The notes beneath the pieces were generated by a model. That model saw only the letters and a list, made by a program, of their open reading frames with translations, ran no database searches and was not told where the DNA came from. From contig OZ240245.1 in the NCBI GenBank assembly GCA_965198175.1, forward strand, positions 4,704,001 through 4,768,000: a DNA stretch of 64,000 nt, given 5' to 3'. Of the stretch, positions 1 to 9,470 are shown piece by piece (the first letter of the stretch is position 1; each line of letters begins with the position of its first letter). The stretch is from Candidatus Poribacteria bacterium (GTDB lineage: Bacteria > Poribacteria > WGA-4E > PCPOR2b). A program made the position numbers and the translations under genes.

Positions 1-779
1 AATCAAAACTCGCCTTAGGGTGTGTTATCAGTTTCGTTGTTTTTGGATTGATATTGGTTGGGCAAAGTGATGCCCTCAAGAACCCCGATTCGCTTGTTGC
101 GGCTTGGCTGCTTGATGGAGACGCCAATGACTCATCAGGGAATGATTATCACGGCGAGCTAACCGGAGGTGGCGAATGGATGTCTGGAATGCACGGTATG
201 GCTGTGGTTTTTTCGAACCTCGGTGATACAATCCAGATTACCGGCTTTGCCAACACGGCTCCCACAGAGGAAATAACGATTATACTGTGGGCACGAGTAG
301 ACGTGATTCAAAATCAAGACGTTTTCAGTCTAGAGCCGCTTAACGTTAATGACGGCCGTATTACTGCCCACTTGCCTTGGGGAGATGCTGCAGTCTGGCA
401 ATTTGGACCGGCTCCTAATGGGCTTGGCGTCGGCGGTGTTAACGACTCTGTAGTCGGCGTATGGGAGCACTGGGCATTTATCCACAGCGCCGCTGGAAAC
501 TACATGAGAGTCCTGCGAAACGGGGAACAAGCAGCCATGCATGATAAGTTCGGCGCCTTCATGAACGGAGAAGGGAATTTTCACATTGGCGGCAGACTAG
601 GTTCCTCTTTCGCCGGTGCCATTGATGATTTCGCAATGTTCAGTTCTGTCCTCGGCGACGATGAAATCATGGCGCTGATGAACGATGGAATCATGGCGCA
701 CATCGGCGGTGCACCCACTGCTGTCGAATCCTCCGGTAAAGCCGCTACAATTTGGGCGCAACTTAAGAATCAGGAATAG
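1..779 (+). CDS. Secreted LamG/concanavalin A-like jellyroll protein, 5'-truncated by window edge (copy 1)
   Basis: LVAAWLLDGDANDSSGN...WEHWAF...FAGAIDDFAMFSSVL motifs typical of LamG_3. Bases 1-47 match the signal-peptide region of copy 2, so the true start lies upstream of the window. Confidence 0.85.
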   Translation, partial: SKLALGCVISFVVFGLILVGQSDALKNPDSLVAAWLLDGDANDSSGNDYHGELTGGGEWMSGMHGMAVVFSNLGDTIQITGFANTAPTEEITIILWARVDVIQNQDVFSLEPLNVNDGRITAHLPWGDAAVWQFGPAPNGLGVGGVNDSVVGVWEHWAFIHSAAGNYMRVLRNGEQAAMHDKFGAFMNGEGNFHIGGRLGSSFAGAIDDFAMFSSVLGDDEIMALMNDGIMAHIGGAPTAVESSGKAATIWAQLKNQE

Positions 780-821
780 GTTCTAGCTCAAGGTGCATCA
801 CCATTATCGTTGCGAATAAAA

Positions 822-846
822 TAAGATTCAACGTTGTTGAATCTTA
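822..846. other. Palindrome between LamG copies (hairpin or operator)
   Basis: taagattcaac-gtt-gttgaatctta perfect 11-bp inverted repeat. Confidence 0.4.
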
Positions 847-916
847 GAAGAAGTCCGTTACCGGTCGGAATTAGCCTTCTAAAGGTACCGGCAAACAATA
901 ATGGAGGTAATTTATA

Positions 917-1696
917 ATGTATAGCATCAAATCAAAACTCGCCTTAGGGTGTGTTATCAGTTTCGTTGTTTTTGGGTTGATATTGGTTGGGCAAAGTGAT
1001 GCCCTCAAGAACCCCGATTCGCTTGTTGCGGCTTGGCTGCTTGATGGAGACGCCAATGACTCATCCGGAAATGACTATCACGGTGAGCTAACCGGTGGTG
1101 CCGAATGGGTTTCTGGAATGTTCGGGATGGCTGTGGATCTCCCCGATCTCGGTGATACAATCCAGATTACCGGCTTTGGCAACGTTGCACCCACGGAGGA
1201 AATTACGATTATCACGTGGGCGCGAATAGACGAGATTCACAATCAAGACCTTTTCAGTCTTGAGCCGCTTGACCCCGGCCGTATCACTGTCCACTTGCCT
1301 TGGGATGGCAACGCTATCTGGCAATTTGGACCGAACGGGATGGGCGCTGGTGGTGTCAACGACTCGCATATCGGTGTATGGGAGCACTGGGCATTTACCC
1401 ACAGTGTCGCTGGAAACTTCATGAGAGTCCTGAGAAACGGTGAGGAATCAGGGAACGCAGAGATGTCGGCTCCCTTTGAACCCCGTGATGCGAATTTTCA
1501 CATTGGCGGTAGACTAGGTTCCTCTTTCGCTGGCGCCATTGATGATTTCGCAATCTTCAGCTCTATCCTCGGCGACGATGAAATCATGGCGCTGATGAAC
1601 GATGGAATCATGGCGCACATCGGCGGGGGACCTACTGCTGTCGAACCTTCTGGAAAAGCGGCTACAACTTGGGCGCAACTAAAGGATTTGGATTAG
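917..1696 (+). CDS. Secreted LamG/concanavalin A-like jellyroll protein (copy 2)
   Basis: GGAGG RBS, N-terminal signal peptide, LamG motifs, C-terminal TAVEPSGKAATTWAQLK tail. Confidence 0.88.
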   Translation: MYSIKSKLALGCVISFVVFGLILVGQSDALKNPDSLVAAWLLDGDANDSSGNDYHGELTGGAEWVSGMFGMAVDLPDLGDTIQITGFGNVAPTEEITIITWARIDEIHNQDLFSLEPLDPGRITVHLPWDGNAIWQFGPNGMGAGGVNDSHIGVWEHWAFTHSVAGNFMRVLRNGEESGNAEMSAPFEPRDANFHIGGRLGSSFAGAIDDFAIFSSILGDDEIMALMNDGIMAHIGGGPTAVEPSGKAATTWAQLKDLD

Positions 1697-1728
1697 GTTC
1701 GAGCTCAAGGTGTACCACCATTTTTGTT

Positions 1729-1763
1729 ATTAAGGGGGCACTGGTATATCGTGCCCCCTTAAT
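1729..1763 (+). terminator. Hairpin downstream of LamG pair, probable intrinsic terminator
   Basis: attaagggggcac-tggtatatc-gtgcccccttaat 13-bp stem. Confidence 0.6.
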
Positions 1764-2157
1764 TGCAAGAAACGAAATTGAAAAATGACAACAGTTTGTT
1801 GAACATAACGGGTTGTGGGAAGGGTTTCGTTTAATGAGTTAACTAGACTTTAATTCGAGCATTCTGGAAGGTGCGAATAGTAAACAGTGGCGTTTCACGT
1901 CCTGCGTTCGTGAAGCATAACAGCACCTTTCACACCCATTTGTTGAAAATCCTTGAGAACTTGATGCTCCTGCCGAGACTTCTGTTGAAAGTTGTTTCAC
2001 CCCACCAATTTTGGCTCAAGACCTAAGCAAACCGGATCGTTACTCTCTGTAACGGTTCTCATCAGGTAGGACCAAATCCAAATCAGCTATCTATAAAGTT
2101 TTTCGTCCTCTCTCTCCATATAATGAGAGAGGTTACATGTCTATATATGGAGACTAC

Positions 2158-3180
2158 ATGAAAGCGGCAGTATTACACGAAATTGGAAAACCATTGCGAA
2201 TCGAAGAAGTACCTACGCCGGAGATTGGTCCGGACGAAGTATTGGTGGAAACCAGATCCTGCGGGATCTGTCGAACAGACCTACATGTCTATGATGGACT
2301 GGCGTACATCCCTGAACTCCCGCACATCCCCGGTCATGAGCCTGCAGGGATTGTAGCAGAGGTGGGTAAAAATGTGGCTGGGCTGGAGGTAGGACAACGC
2401 GTCGTGCCTCACCTCTTTATCACCTGCGGGGAGTGCTACTACTGCCGCATTGGTCAGGACGCCCAGTGCGCCGACTTGCAAGGGCTGGTAGGTGTGCTGG
2501 TTAACGGTGCCTTTGCGGAATATTTTGTGGTGCCCGCCGAAAACCTGTTCGCTTTACCCGATAATGTGCCTTTCGAGATGGGCGGTCTGATTAGTTGCGC
2601 AGTGATTACCGCTGTCCACGCATTTCGGCGCGCACGATTGGGACCCAATGACACCGCGGTAGTAATTGGCGCGGGTGGGGTGGCGCAGAGTTTAATTCCG
2701 ATCCTTGTCAAAGCGGGGGTGAAAACTGTCGCAACAAGTCGTTCCCAAGGGAAGCTCGACCTCGCTAGACAGCTTGGTGCTCAGCTTGCTCTCAAGGCTG
2801 ATGCTCCCGATACAACGGATAGGATACAGGAGTTTGCGGGTGGCACGGGTGCCCAGTGCGTTTTCGATTGTGTTGGCACTGCGTTAACCATGAAACAGAG
2901 TGCAGACTACCTCATGCGACAGGGACAAATCATTGTCATCGGCGAAGAACCCGAGTTTCCTGAGATTGACACGATTCAAATTGCGCAGCGAGAATTGGAG
3001 ATTATTGGAAGCCGCAACGGCTCCAAGCAAGACATCGCCGACTCCATTACAATGCTTGCCGAAGGTATTATCGCACCACCAATCACGAGAACCTTCCCGC
3101 TTGACGAAACGAATGAAGCGCTGGAATTTATGAGAAGCGGCGCAGCCGACGCACGGATTGTTATTGATATTAAAGGATGA
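2158..3180 (+). CDS. Zinc-dependent (MDR) alcohol dehydrogenase
   Basis: CGICRTD, GHEPAG, structural Zn site CGECYYC...C, GAGGVA NAD site. Start moved to ATG 2158 (MKAAVL) after GGAG; the ORF track gives 2137. Confidence 0.9.
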   Translation: MKAAVLHEIGKPLRIEEVPTPEIGPDEVLVETRSCGICRTDLHVYDGLAYIPELPHIPGHEPAGIVAEVGKNVAGLEVGQRVVPHLFITCGECYYCRIGQDAQCADLQGLVGVLVNGAFAEYFVVPAENLFALPDNVPFEMGGLISCAVITAVHAFRRARLGPNDTAVVIGAGGVAQSLIPILVKAGVKTVATSRSQGKLDLARQLGAQLALKADAPDTTDRIQEFAGGTGAQCVFDCVGTALTMKQSADYLMRQGQIIVIGEEPEFPEIDTIQIAQRELEIIGSRNGSKQDIADSITMLAEGIIAPPITRTFPLDETNEALEFMRSGAADARIVIDIKG

Positions 3181-3412
3181 AGGTCCTGAGAATTCTTCTA
3201 GCGCATTGGTGATAGTATGAATAAAGTGACCGGAACATGTGATGAGACGACAAACTGCATGGTGAATCCCTTTATTTTAAAGGGGCTTTAAGAAGTTCAC
3301 ATTTTAACCCGCACGTTATTTTCCCACCTCAACCTGCTAGCAGTCATTCTTTACCCAATCCGAATATAATCCCCTTACAGCTTAACCCACGTGTTGGAAA
3401 TGGAGAGCGTTA

Positions 3413-3439
3413 GTTAACTTCGACGCTAATGAAGTTAAC
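3413..3439. terminator. Hairpin between convergent adh and fabV
   Basis: gttaacttc-gacgctaat-gaagttaac. Confidence 0.4.
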
Positions 3440-3500
3440 GCAAAGTAAAGGGTGTGTTGAGAAAAGGGTTCAGAAGGTTTTGAAACATGTTGGGCCTCCG

Positions 3501-4694
3501 TTAAAACTTAACATCAGTTTCCACCGCTTCATCGTAATCTACACCATCAACGTCAAAACCGAACAGGTTGCGGAAGTCGCGTTTAAACCCTTCGTAGTCG
3601 GAGAGATTGCGGAAATTGTCTGTGTTTATCTTCTCCCATCGACGCATGACCTCGGCAGTCACGCCGGGCTGAAGTTCTCGATCATCGAGTCGGATTCGTC
3701 GATCGGCGTCTAGGGTTGGTGTCTGATGAGGGCCTAAGTATTCGCTGAAAAGCCGAGCCATCTGAGCAATTGGATCTTCGTTAATTCCTTTTGCATTCAT
3801 GATGTCGTAGAGCACACTGATGTAAAGCGGCACCACAGGAATTGCCGCCGATGCTTGTGTGACTACGGCTTTATTGACCGATATGTAGGCATGGCTGCCA
3901 AGCTTGTTGCTTAGTCGCTGATCTAGATTATTGATGGAGTGTGCGAGATTTTCTTTTGCTTTGCCAATTGTTCCACTACGATAGATTGGCCATGTGAGTT
4001 CAGGACCAATGTAGGTGTAAGCCAGAACAGTAGACTCCGATGCCAGAAGATTCTCAGCGAGAAGTGCATCAACCCAGAACTCCAGATCTTCCCCGCCCAT
4101 TACAGCAGTGGTGTCGGCGATTTCCTGATCATTTGCGGGTTCCACGGTGATTTGGGTGACGGTTTCGCGCTGCAGATCTATTGTTTTTCCAATGTAAGAT
4201 TGACCGATTGGTTTTAAGACGGATCGATGTTCGGCACCTGTGCGTGGGTGAATGCGTCTTGGCGCCGCGATGCTATAAACGAGGAAGTCTATCTTATCCA
4301 TATTTCGCTTGATGCGATCTATCGTGTCTCGCTTCACTTCATTGGAAAACGCATCCCCATTGATACTCTCGGCGAAGAGACCTTTCTGTTGCGCCAGTTG
4401 ATGGAAGGCAACCGAGTCATAGTAGCCCGCGGTCGCAGTCCGCTTTGTATCAGGCGGACGCTCGAAGAAAACACCAATTGTTTTTGCGCCATAAACCCAC
4501 GTTAATGCAATTCGGGAGGCAAGACCATATCCTCCCGTTGCACCGACAACGAGTACGTTGAGATCTATTTGTTTGGGCGTAACGTTTTCTTTGATATAAT
4601 CAATCTGATTCTGTACATTTTTTCTGCACCCGATTGGGTGTGCGTTGGTACCAATAAAGCCTCGAATACGGGGTTTAACAACTTGAATTGTCAT
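3501..4694 (-). CDS. fabV: Enoyl-ACP / trans-2-enoyl-CoA reductase FabV
   Basis: KPRIRGFI..NAHPIGC, GATGGYGLASRI, YSIAAP, YTYIGPELTWPIY..GTIGKAK, terminal FGFDVDGVDY. Confidence 0.93.
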   Translation of the reverse strand: MTIQVVKPRIRGFIGTNAHPIGCRKNVQNQIDYIKENVTPKQIDLNVLVVGATGGYGLASRIALTWVYGAKTIGVFFERPPDTKRTATAGYYDSVAFHQLAQQKGLFAESINGDAFSNEVKRDTIDRIKRNMDKIDFLVYSIAAPRRIHPRTGAEHRSVLKPIGQSYIGKTIDLQRETVTQITVEPANDQEIADTTAVMGGEDLEFWVDALLAENLLASESTVLAYTYIGPELTWPIYRSGTIGKAKENLAHSINNLDQRLSNKLGSHAYISVNKAVVTQASAAIPVVPLYISVLYDIMNAKGINEDPIAQMARLFSEYLGPHQTPTLDADRRIRLDDRELQPGVTAEVMRRWEKINTDNFRNLSDYEGFKRDFRNLFGFDVDGVDYDEAVETDVKF

Positions 4695-4823
4695 TGATTT
4701 CCTCTCTGATTCGCGTGAGATTTCAACGGGTAAAAATTCACTGATAATTGTGGTGTAGATTGGTCACAGAAGCTTGTGGGCGGCATTAACCTCCCCCACT
4801 GACAAGATCGAAAAAGCAAAAAA

Positions 4824-6173
4824 ATGCAAGCGAATCCGGGCATCTTCAAAGCTTACGATATCCGGGGGATTTACCCTGATGACTTAAATGAAGAAATCGC
4901 CTGCGCGATTGGTCGCGCCTTTGTGACTTTCCTCAAAGTTGACAAAGTCATCGTTGGGCGTGATATGCGTCTATCCAGCCCACAAATGTTTGAGGCGTTA
5001 ACATGTGGTTTGATGGATCAGGGCGCAGATGTCATTAACATTGGCATGGTCAGTACCGATCAGTATTATCATGCCTGCGCAGCGCTGGAACTCCCGGGTA
5101 TCATGATCACAGCCTCTCATAACCCAGCCCAATATAGCGGCTTCAAAATGGTGAAAAAGATGCCTCAACTTCTTAGTGGTGATGAAGGAATTCAAGAATT
5201 GCGGTGCATGATAGAAGCAGAGCGCTTTCCTAAATCGACTCGCAGAGGCAGAATGACTGAAAAGGATTTGAGAGAAAAATTCGTGGAAAAGGTTTTGAGT
5301 TTAATTGATGTTGACGTATTCTCACCGCTTAAGATTGTCGCCGATACCGGCAACGGCATGATTGGGCCGATTCTCAAACAGTTTTACCGACGTCTTCCGT
5401 CAATAAACTTAATTGGCATGTATCTGGAACCAGACGGCAGCTTGCCAAATCATGGGCTCGATCCGCTACAACCTGAGAACCGATTGGAGTTACAACAGCG
5501 TGTTGTTACGGAGGGAGCTGATGTTGGTTTTGCTTTTGATGGCGATGGCGATCGCTTTTTCGCTATTGATGATCGAGGTGCCTTTGTGCCTGGGGATTTT
5601 ATAACTGCATTAATGGGGCGATACCTTTTGGACAAATACCCGGGATGCAAAATTCTATATGATGTCCGTTCTTCATGGGCGGTGCCGGATCTCATCACTA
5701 CAGCTGGAGGTACACCCTTAATGGAACGCGTGGGACACGCATTCATGAAAGACCGAATGGCAAAAGAAAATGCCATCTTTGGCGGAGAGGTGACAGGCCA
5801 TTATTACTTTAGAGATTTCTTTTGTGCCGACTCTGGCATTTTACCTTCGCTCGTCATTTTGGAGATGCTCTCCAAAAAGGGAATAAAACTCTCCAAACTG
5901 CTCAAACCTTTAGAATCGACCTATTTCATCTCTGGAGAAATAAATTCGCGCATCTCAAGCGATGCAAAAGTCAAATTACAAGAGATTGTTCGGATTTTTG
6001 GTAAAGGTGCAGAAGTCGAATGGTTGGATGGTGTTTCTATTACCTTTGGCGATTGGCACTGTAACGTGCGTCCTTCCAACACTGAACCCTTGTTACGCCT
6101 TAACCTAGAAGCTAAATCAAAGGTGTTAATGGAGCAGAAGCGGGACGACATACTAGCGATTATTCGGGCATAG
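4824..6173 (+). CDS. Phosphomannomutase/phosphoglucomutase
   Basis: IFKAYDIRG, TASHNP phosphoserine loop, FDGDGDR metal loop, GGEVTGH, RPSNTEP. Confidence 0.93.
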   Translation: MQANPGIFKAYDIRGIYPDDLNEEIACAIGRAFVTFLKVDKVIVGRDMRLSSPQMFEALTCGLMDQGADVINIGMVSTDQYYHACAALELPGIMITASHNPAQYSGFKMVKKMPQLLSGDEGIQELRCMIEAERFPKSTRRGRMTEKDLREKFVEKVLSLIDVDVFSPLKIVADTGNGMIGPILKQFYRRLPSINLIGMYLEPDGSLPNHGLDPLQPENRLELQQRVVTEGADVGFAFDGDGDRFFAIDDRGAFVPGDFITALMGRYLLDKYPGCKILYDVRSSWAVPDLITTAGGTPLMERVGHAFMKDRMAKENAIFGGEVTGHYYFRDFFCADSGILPSLVILEMLSKKGIKLSKLLKPLESTYFISGEINSRISSDAKVKLQEIVRIFGKGAEVEWLDGVSITFGDWHCNVRPSNTEPLLRLNLEAKSKVLMEQKRDDILAIIRA

Positions 6174-6216
6174 AGGTCCAGGCGATCACGATCACTGATA
6201 AGTTCCCAATGAATTC

Positions 6217-6678
6217 TTATCCCGCAATCTCCACAACCATCTCGATTTCAACGGGAATACCGCCGGGCAACTGCACCATGCCGACAGCGGAGCGGGTATG
6301 TCTACCCTTATCGCCAAACACCTCCACGAAGAGATCCGATGCTCCGTTGATGACCACGGGCTGATCTGTAAAAGTGCTCGCTGAGTTGACAAACCCTATG
6401 ACTTTCACGATTCGTTTTACCCGATCCAGATCGCCAAGGGCGTGTTTGAGCGTGCTGATGAGGCACAGCCCAACTTCCCTCGCAGATTGATATCCAATCT
6501 CAGCCGTCAAGTCGGCTCCAAGCTGACCTTTATAAATTTTGCCCTCGCCGCTGCCGGGACCGTGCCCTGACGTAAATATTAGGTTTCCCGTCTGCACAGT
6601 CGTTACGTAATTTGCAACCGGTATTGCAGGCGGAGGCAATGTAATACCTAGTTCCTCAAGCCGTTTTTCTATTTTCAT
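6217..6678 (-). CDS. RidA/YjgF family protein (Rid1-like subfamily)
   Basis: LGITLP..P.ANYV, NGASDLF..VFG..GRHTRSAVG..LP..PVEIE. Confidence 0.88.
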   Translation of the reverse strand: MKIEKRLEELGITLPPPAIPVANYVTTVQTGNLIFTSGHGPGSGEGKIYKGQLGADLTAEIGYQSAREVGLCLISTLKHALGDLDRVKRIVKVIGFVNSASTFTDQPVVINGASDLFVEVFGDKGRHTRSAVGMVQLPGGIPVEIEMVVEIAG

Positions 6679-6795
6679 GATATAATTTCCTCAAAAAATG
6701 GGCGCGTTGAACTATATTCTGATGTACAACCTCTAGATTTCCAAGGGCTTAATAATAATGTCTCATCATCAGGACTGGAAAAATCGATGAGTATT

Positions 6796-7602
6796 TCATA
6801 CTTTTCCTTTCACACCTCTTGCTAATTCTCCTGTAAATTCCCTCACGCTTGACACAATCTTCGTCTCATCGTCCAGATATCTTTCAATGATGTTAATGAT
6901 TGCGCTGGCAACGATGACACCATCTGCCATTTGTGCAACCGTTTGCCCTTGTGCCCTCGTCGAAATGCCAAATCCGACGCAAATCGGTTTGTCGGTGTGT
7001 TTTCTCAGTTGCGTCACCATGGGTAGAATTTCCTCTGAGAGTGAATCCCGTGCGCCCGTTACACCGGTCACTGAGACGCAGTAGATGAACCCGGTGCTAA
7101 CCGACGCAATGAGACGCACTCGATCCGGTGGGCTGGTCGGTGCCACAAGGAAAATTGTGGCGAGATTGTGCTTCGGGGCAATTTCCAACAGTGTTTCAGC
7201 CTCTTCCGGCGGAAGATCTGGAATAATAACTCCATCTATCCCTGCTTCCTTTGCTGCTGCGCAAAATTTCGCTTCCCCCATCCGAAAGATTGGGTTGTAG
7301 TAAGTCATGAGCGCGATAGGGATTTGCGTTTCCTCGCGGAACTCACGAACGAGGTCAAGGATTTGTCGAAGCGAAATCCGGTGCGCTAAAGCACGTTCGC
7401 TCGCCTTCTGGATAGTGGGACCATCGGCGATGGGGTCGGAAAATGGCACACCAACCTCGATGAGATCTGCTCCTGCTTCTTCAAGCGCTATGAGGAGCTT
7501 ACGGCTTAATTTAGGCGTTGGATCTCCGGCACATATATAAGGCATGAAGGCACTTTTTCCCATCGTGCGCAATTCCTGAAACTTCGCCATAATTCGATTC
7601 AA
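6796..7602 (-). CDS. trpA: Tryptophan synthase alpha subunit
   Basis: EVGVPFSDPIADGPTIQ, YCVSVTGVTG, VGFGIS. Confidence 0.96.
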   Translation of the reverse strand: MNRIMAKFQELRTMGKSAFMPYICAGDPTPKLSRKLLIALEEAGADLIEVGVPFSDPIADGPTIQKASERALAHRISLRQILDLVREFREETQIPIALMTYYNPIFRMGEAKFCAAAKEAGIDGVIIPDLPPEEAETLLEIAPKHNLATIFLVAPTSPPDRVRLIASVSTGFIYCVSVTGVTGARDSLSEEILPMVTQLRKHTDKPICVGFGISTRAQGQTVAQMADGVIVASAIINIIERYLDDETKIVSSVREFTGELARGVKGKV

Positions 7603-7917
7603 AATTGAACTTTCCCTTTATCTTGATTTAAAATTCTGAGAGCCAATCATTTTCACGTTTTGTGTTTCTCGATTCGATGTAACGTCTCACGCACGTAGCA
7701 GTTTCTCCACAATGCTGAGGCCGCCCGCCCCAATGCATTGAGTAATTCGGTTGCCTGTCTATCGCCAATCTTCCCCACCGCAATCGCCGCTGCTGATTCT
7801 AGCTTCTTGACGAGCCATCGTATCGTTGGAAAAAGTCAACTCCGGAACATTTTGGGAAGATGCATCCCAAATACCTCCCTAATGTGTAACAGGTCATACG
7901 TTTTTCCGCATTACGCA

Positions 7918-9114
7918 TCACAGTTGGTCACCGAGCGCCTTTGTAATGGTATATACGTCTTTATCTCCACGCCCTGAAAGACAAATTACGATAATGGCAT
8001 CTCGTTCCATTTTCGGCGCTAGCTTGCGGACGTAGGCGACGGCGTGGGCAGCTTCAAGCGCAGGAATAATACCTTCCGATTCCGACAGCAGTTTAAAGCC
8101 TTCCACTGCTTCCTCGTCTGTAATGGAGACATATTCTGCACGTCCGGTGGCTCTGTAATAGCTATGTTCGGGTCCAACTCCCGGATAATCTAGTCCCGCT
8201 GAGATCGAGTGTGCGGGGGTAATCTGACCGTCATCTTCCTGCAACAGATAGCATTTCGCACCATGAAACACACCAATGCTGCCCACGCTGAGCGAAGCTG
8301 CATGCTTGTTGCTGAGAATGCTTTCACCTGCGGCTTCGACGCCAATTAGCTTCACGGATGCATCTGCGTAAAACGGATGAAACATGCCAATTGAGTTACT
8401 CCCGCCACCGACACATGCGACAACGCAATCTGGCAACCGCCCCTCTTTCTCAAAAATCTGGGTTCTGGTTTCTTTGCCAATCACGGATTGGAAATCCCGA
8501 ACAATCATCGGGTATGGATGCGCTCCAACAACAGAGCCGATTAGGAAATGGGTCGTTCTGACATTGGTCACCCAATCTCGGAATGCGGCGTTGATGGCAT
8601 CCTTGAGGGTGCGCGAACCGGAAGAAACAGGTGTAACGGTTGCCCCCAGCAACCGCATACGATAAACGTTCAGGGCTTGACGTTCGATGTCCTCTTCACC
8701 CATAAAAATTTCGCATGCTATCTTGAACTTCGCTGTAACTGTCGCCGTTGCAACGCCATGTTGTCCTGCCCCCGTCTCAGCGATAATCCGTTTCTTGCCC
8801 ATTCGCCGCGCAAGCAAAATCTGACCAATGGTGTTGTTGATTTTGTGTGCGCCAGTGTGATTGAGATCCTCACGCTTTAGATAGATTTTCGCACCGCCGA
8901 GTGCTTCTGTCAAACGCTCAGCGTGATAAAGTGGGTTTGGTCGACCGACATATTCACAGAGATGATATTCAAACTCCTCCTGAAAATCCGCATCTTCTTT
9001 TAAGCTAGCGTAAGCATCCTCAAGTTCCAACAAGGCTGACATCAATGTCTCAGGAACAAACCTGCCGCCAAATTTGCCAAAATGCCCTGTGACATCAGGT
9101 AAGTTTTGAGCCAA
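7918..9114 (-). CDS. trpB: Tryptophan synthase beta subunit
   Basis: [16 protein letters not shown] (PLP lysine), [31 protein letters not shown]. Confidence 0.97.
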   Translation of the reverse strand: MAQNLPDVTGHFGKFGGRFVPETLMSALLELEDAYASLKEDADFQEEFEYHLCEYVGRPNPLYHAERLTEALGGAKIYLKREDLNHTGAHKINNTIGQILLARRMGKKRIIAETGAGQHGVATATVTAKFKIACEIFMGEEDIERQALNVYRMRLLGATVTPVSSGSRTLKDAINAAFRDWVTNVRTTHFLIGSVVGAHPYPMIVRDFQSVIGKETRTQIFEKEGRLPDCVVACVGGGSNSIGMFHPFYADASVKLIGVEAAGESILSNKHAASLSVGSIGVFHGAKCYLLQEDDGQITPAHSISAGLDYPGVGPEHSYYRATGRAEYVSITDEEAVEGFKLLSESEGIIPALEAAHAVAYVRKLAPKMERDAIIVICLSGRGDKDVYTITKALGDQL

Positions 9115-9294
9115 TGTAATTTCTCCTTAATGACCAATAACCCTTTGATTTCCCAACCCCATTTTCATCACATATAATCCTTAGAGGTCTGCTAGCAAGC
9201 CGTCAAAAATCATCAGACATTGGGATTTTTCCAAACGGGACCCATCCGATGTAAAGTTTATTTCTACCGCTTGTTGTTACTGACCCAAAGTGGT

Positions 9295-9323
9295 ATTATA
9301 CCATCTTCCGTCTTCTGGGTCAA
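9295..9323 (-). promoter_or_regulatory. Sigma70-type promoter upstream of trpB
   Basis: TTGACC-N17-TATAAT with TG extended -10 on the minus strand. Confidence 0.6.
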
Positions 9324-9470
9324 TCATCCTACGGGACATTTCTACTGGATCTTTAAACCTGCCTAGGGTATAATAAGATTTTGTAGTGGAATAAGCTGCT
9401 AGGTGAGTTTTAATCATGATTTATATTCGGTCTTAACGAAATCGTAGCCATCGAATACTAGCACCCACCT

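Noticed and set aside
1..1696. LamG pair as a DGR target/template
   Set aside because: Differences involve all four bases plus indels; this is ordinary paralog divergence.
1866..1931. gaaggtgc...gcacctttc stem upstream of the alcohol dehydrogenase as a riboswitch
   Set aside because: No known riboswitch consensus could be matched by eye; an Infernal search is needed.
7836..7838. In-frame TGA as selenocysteine in the trpB-trpA spacer ORF
   Set aside because: There is no redox motif context or recognisable SECIS; a nonsense mutation is simpler.
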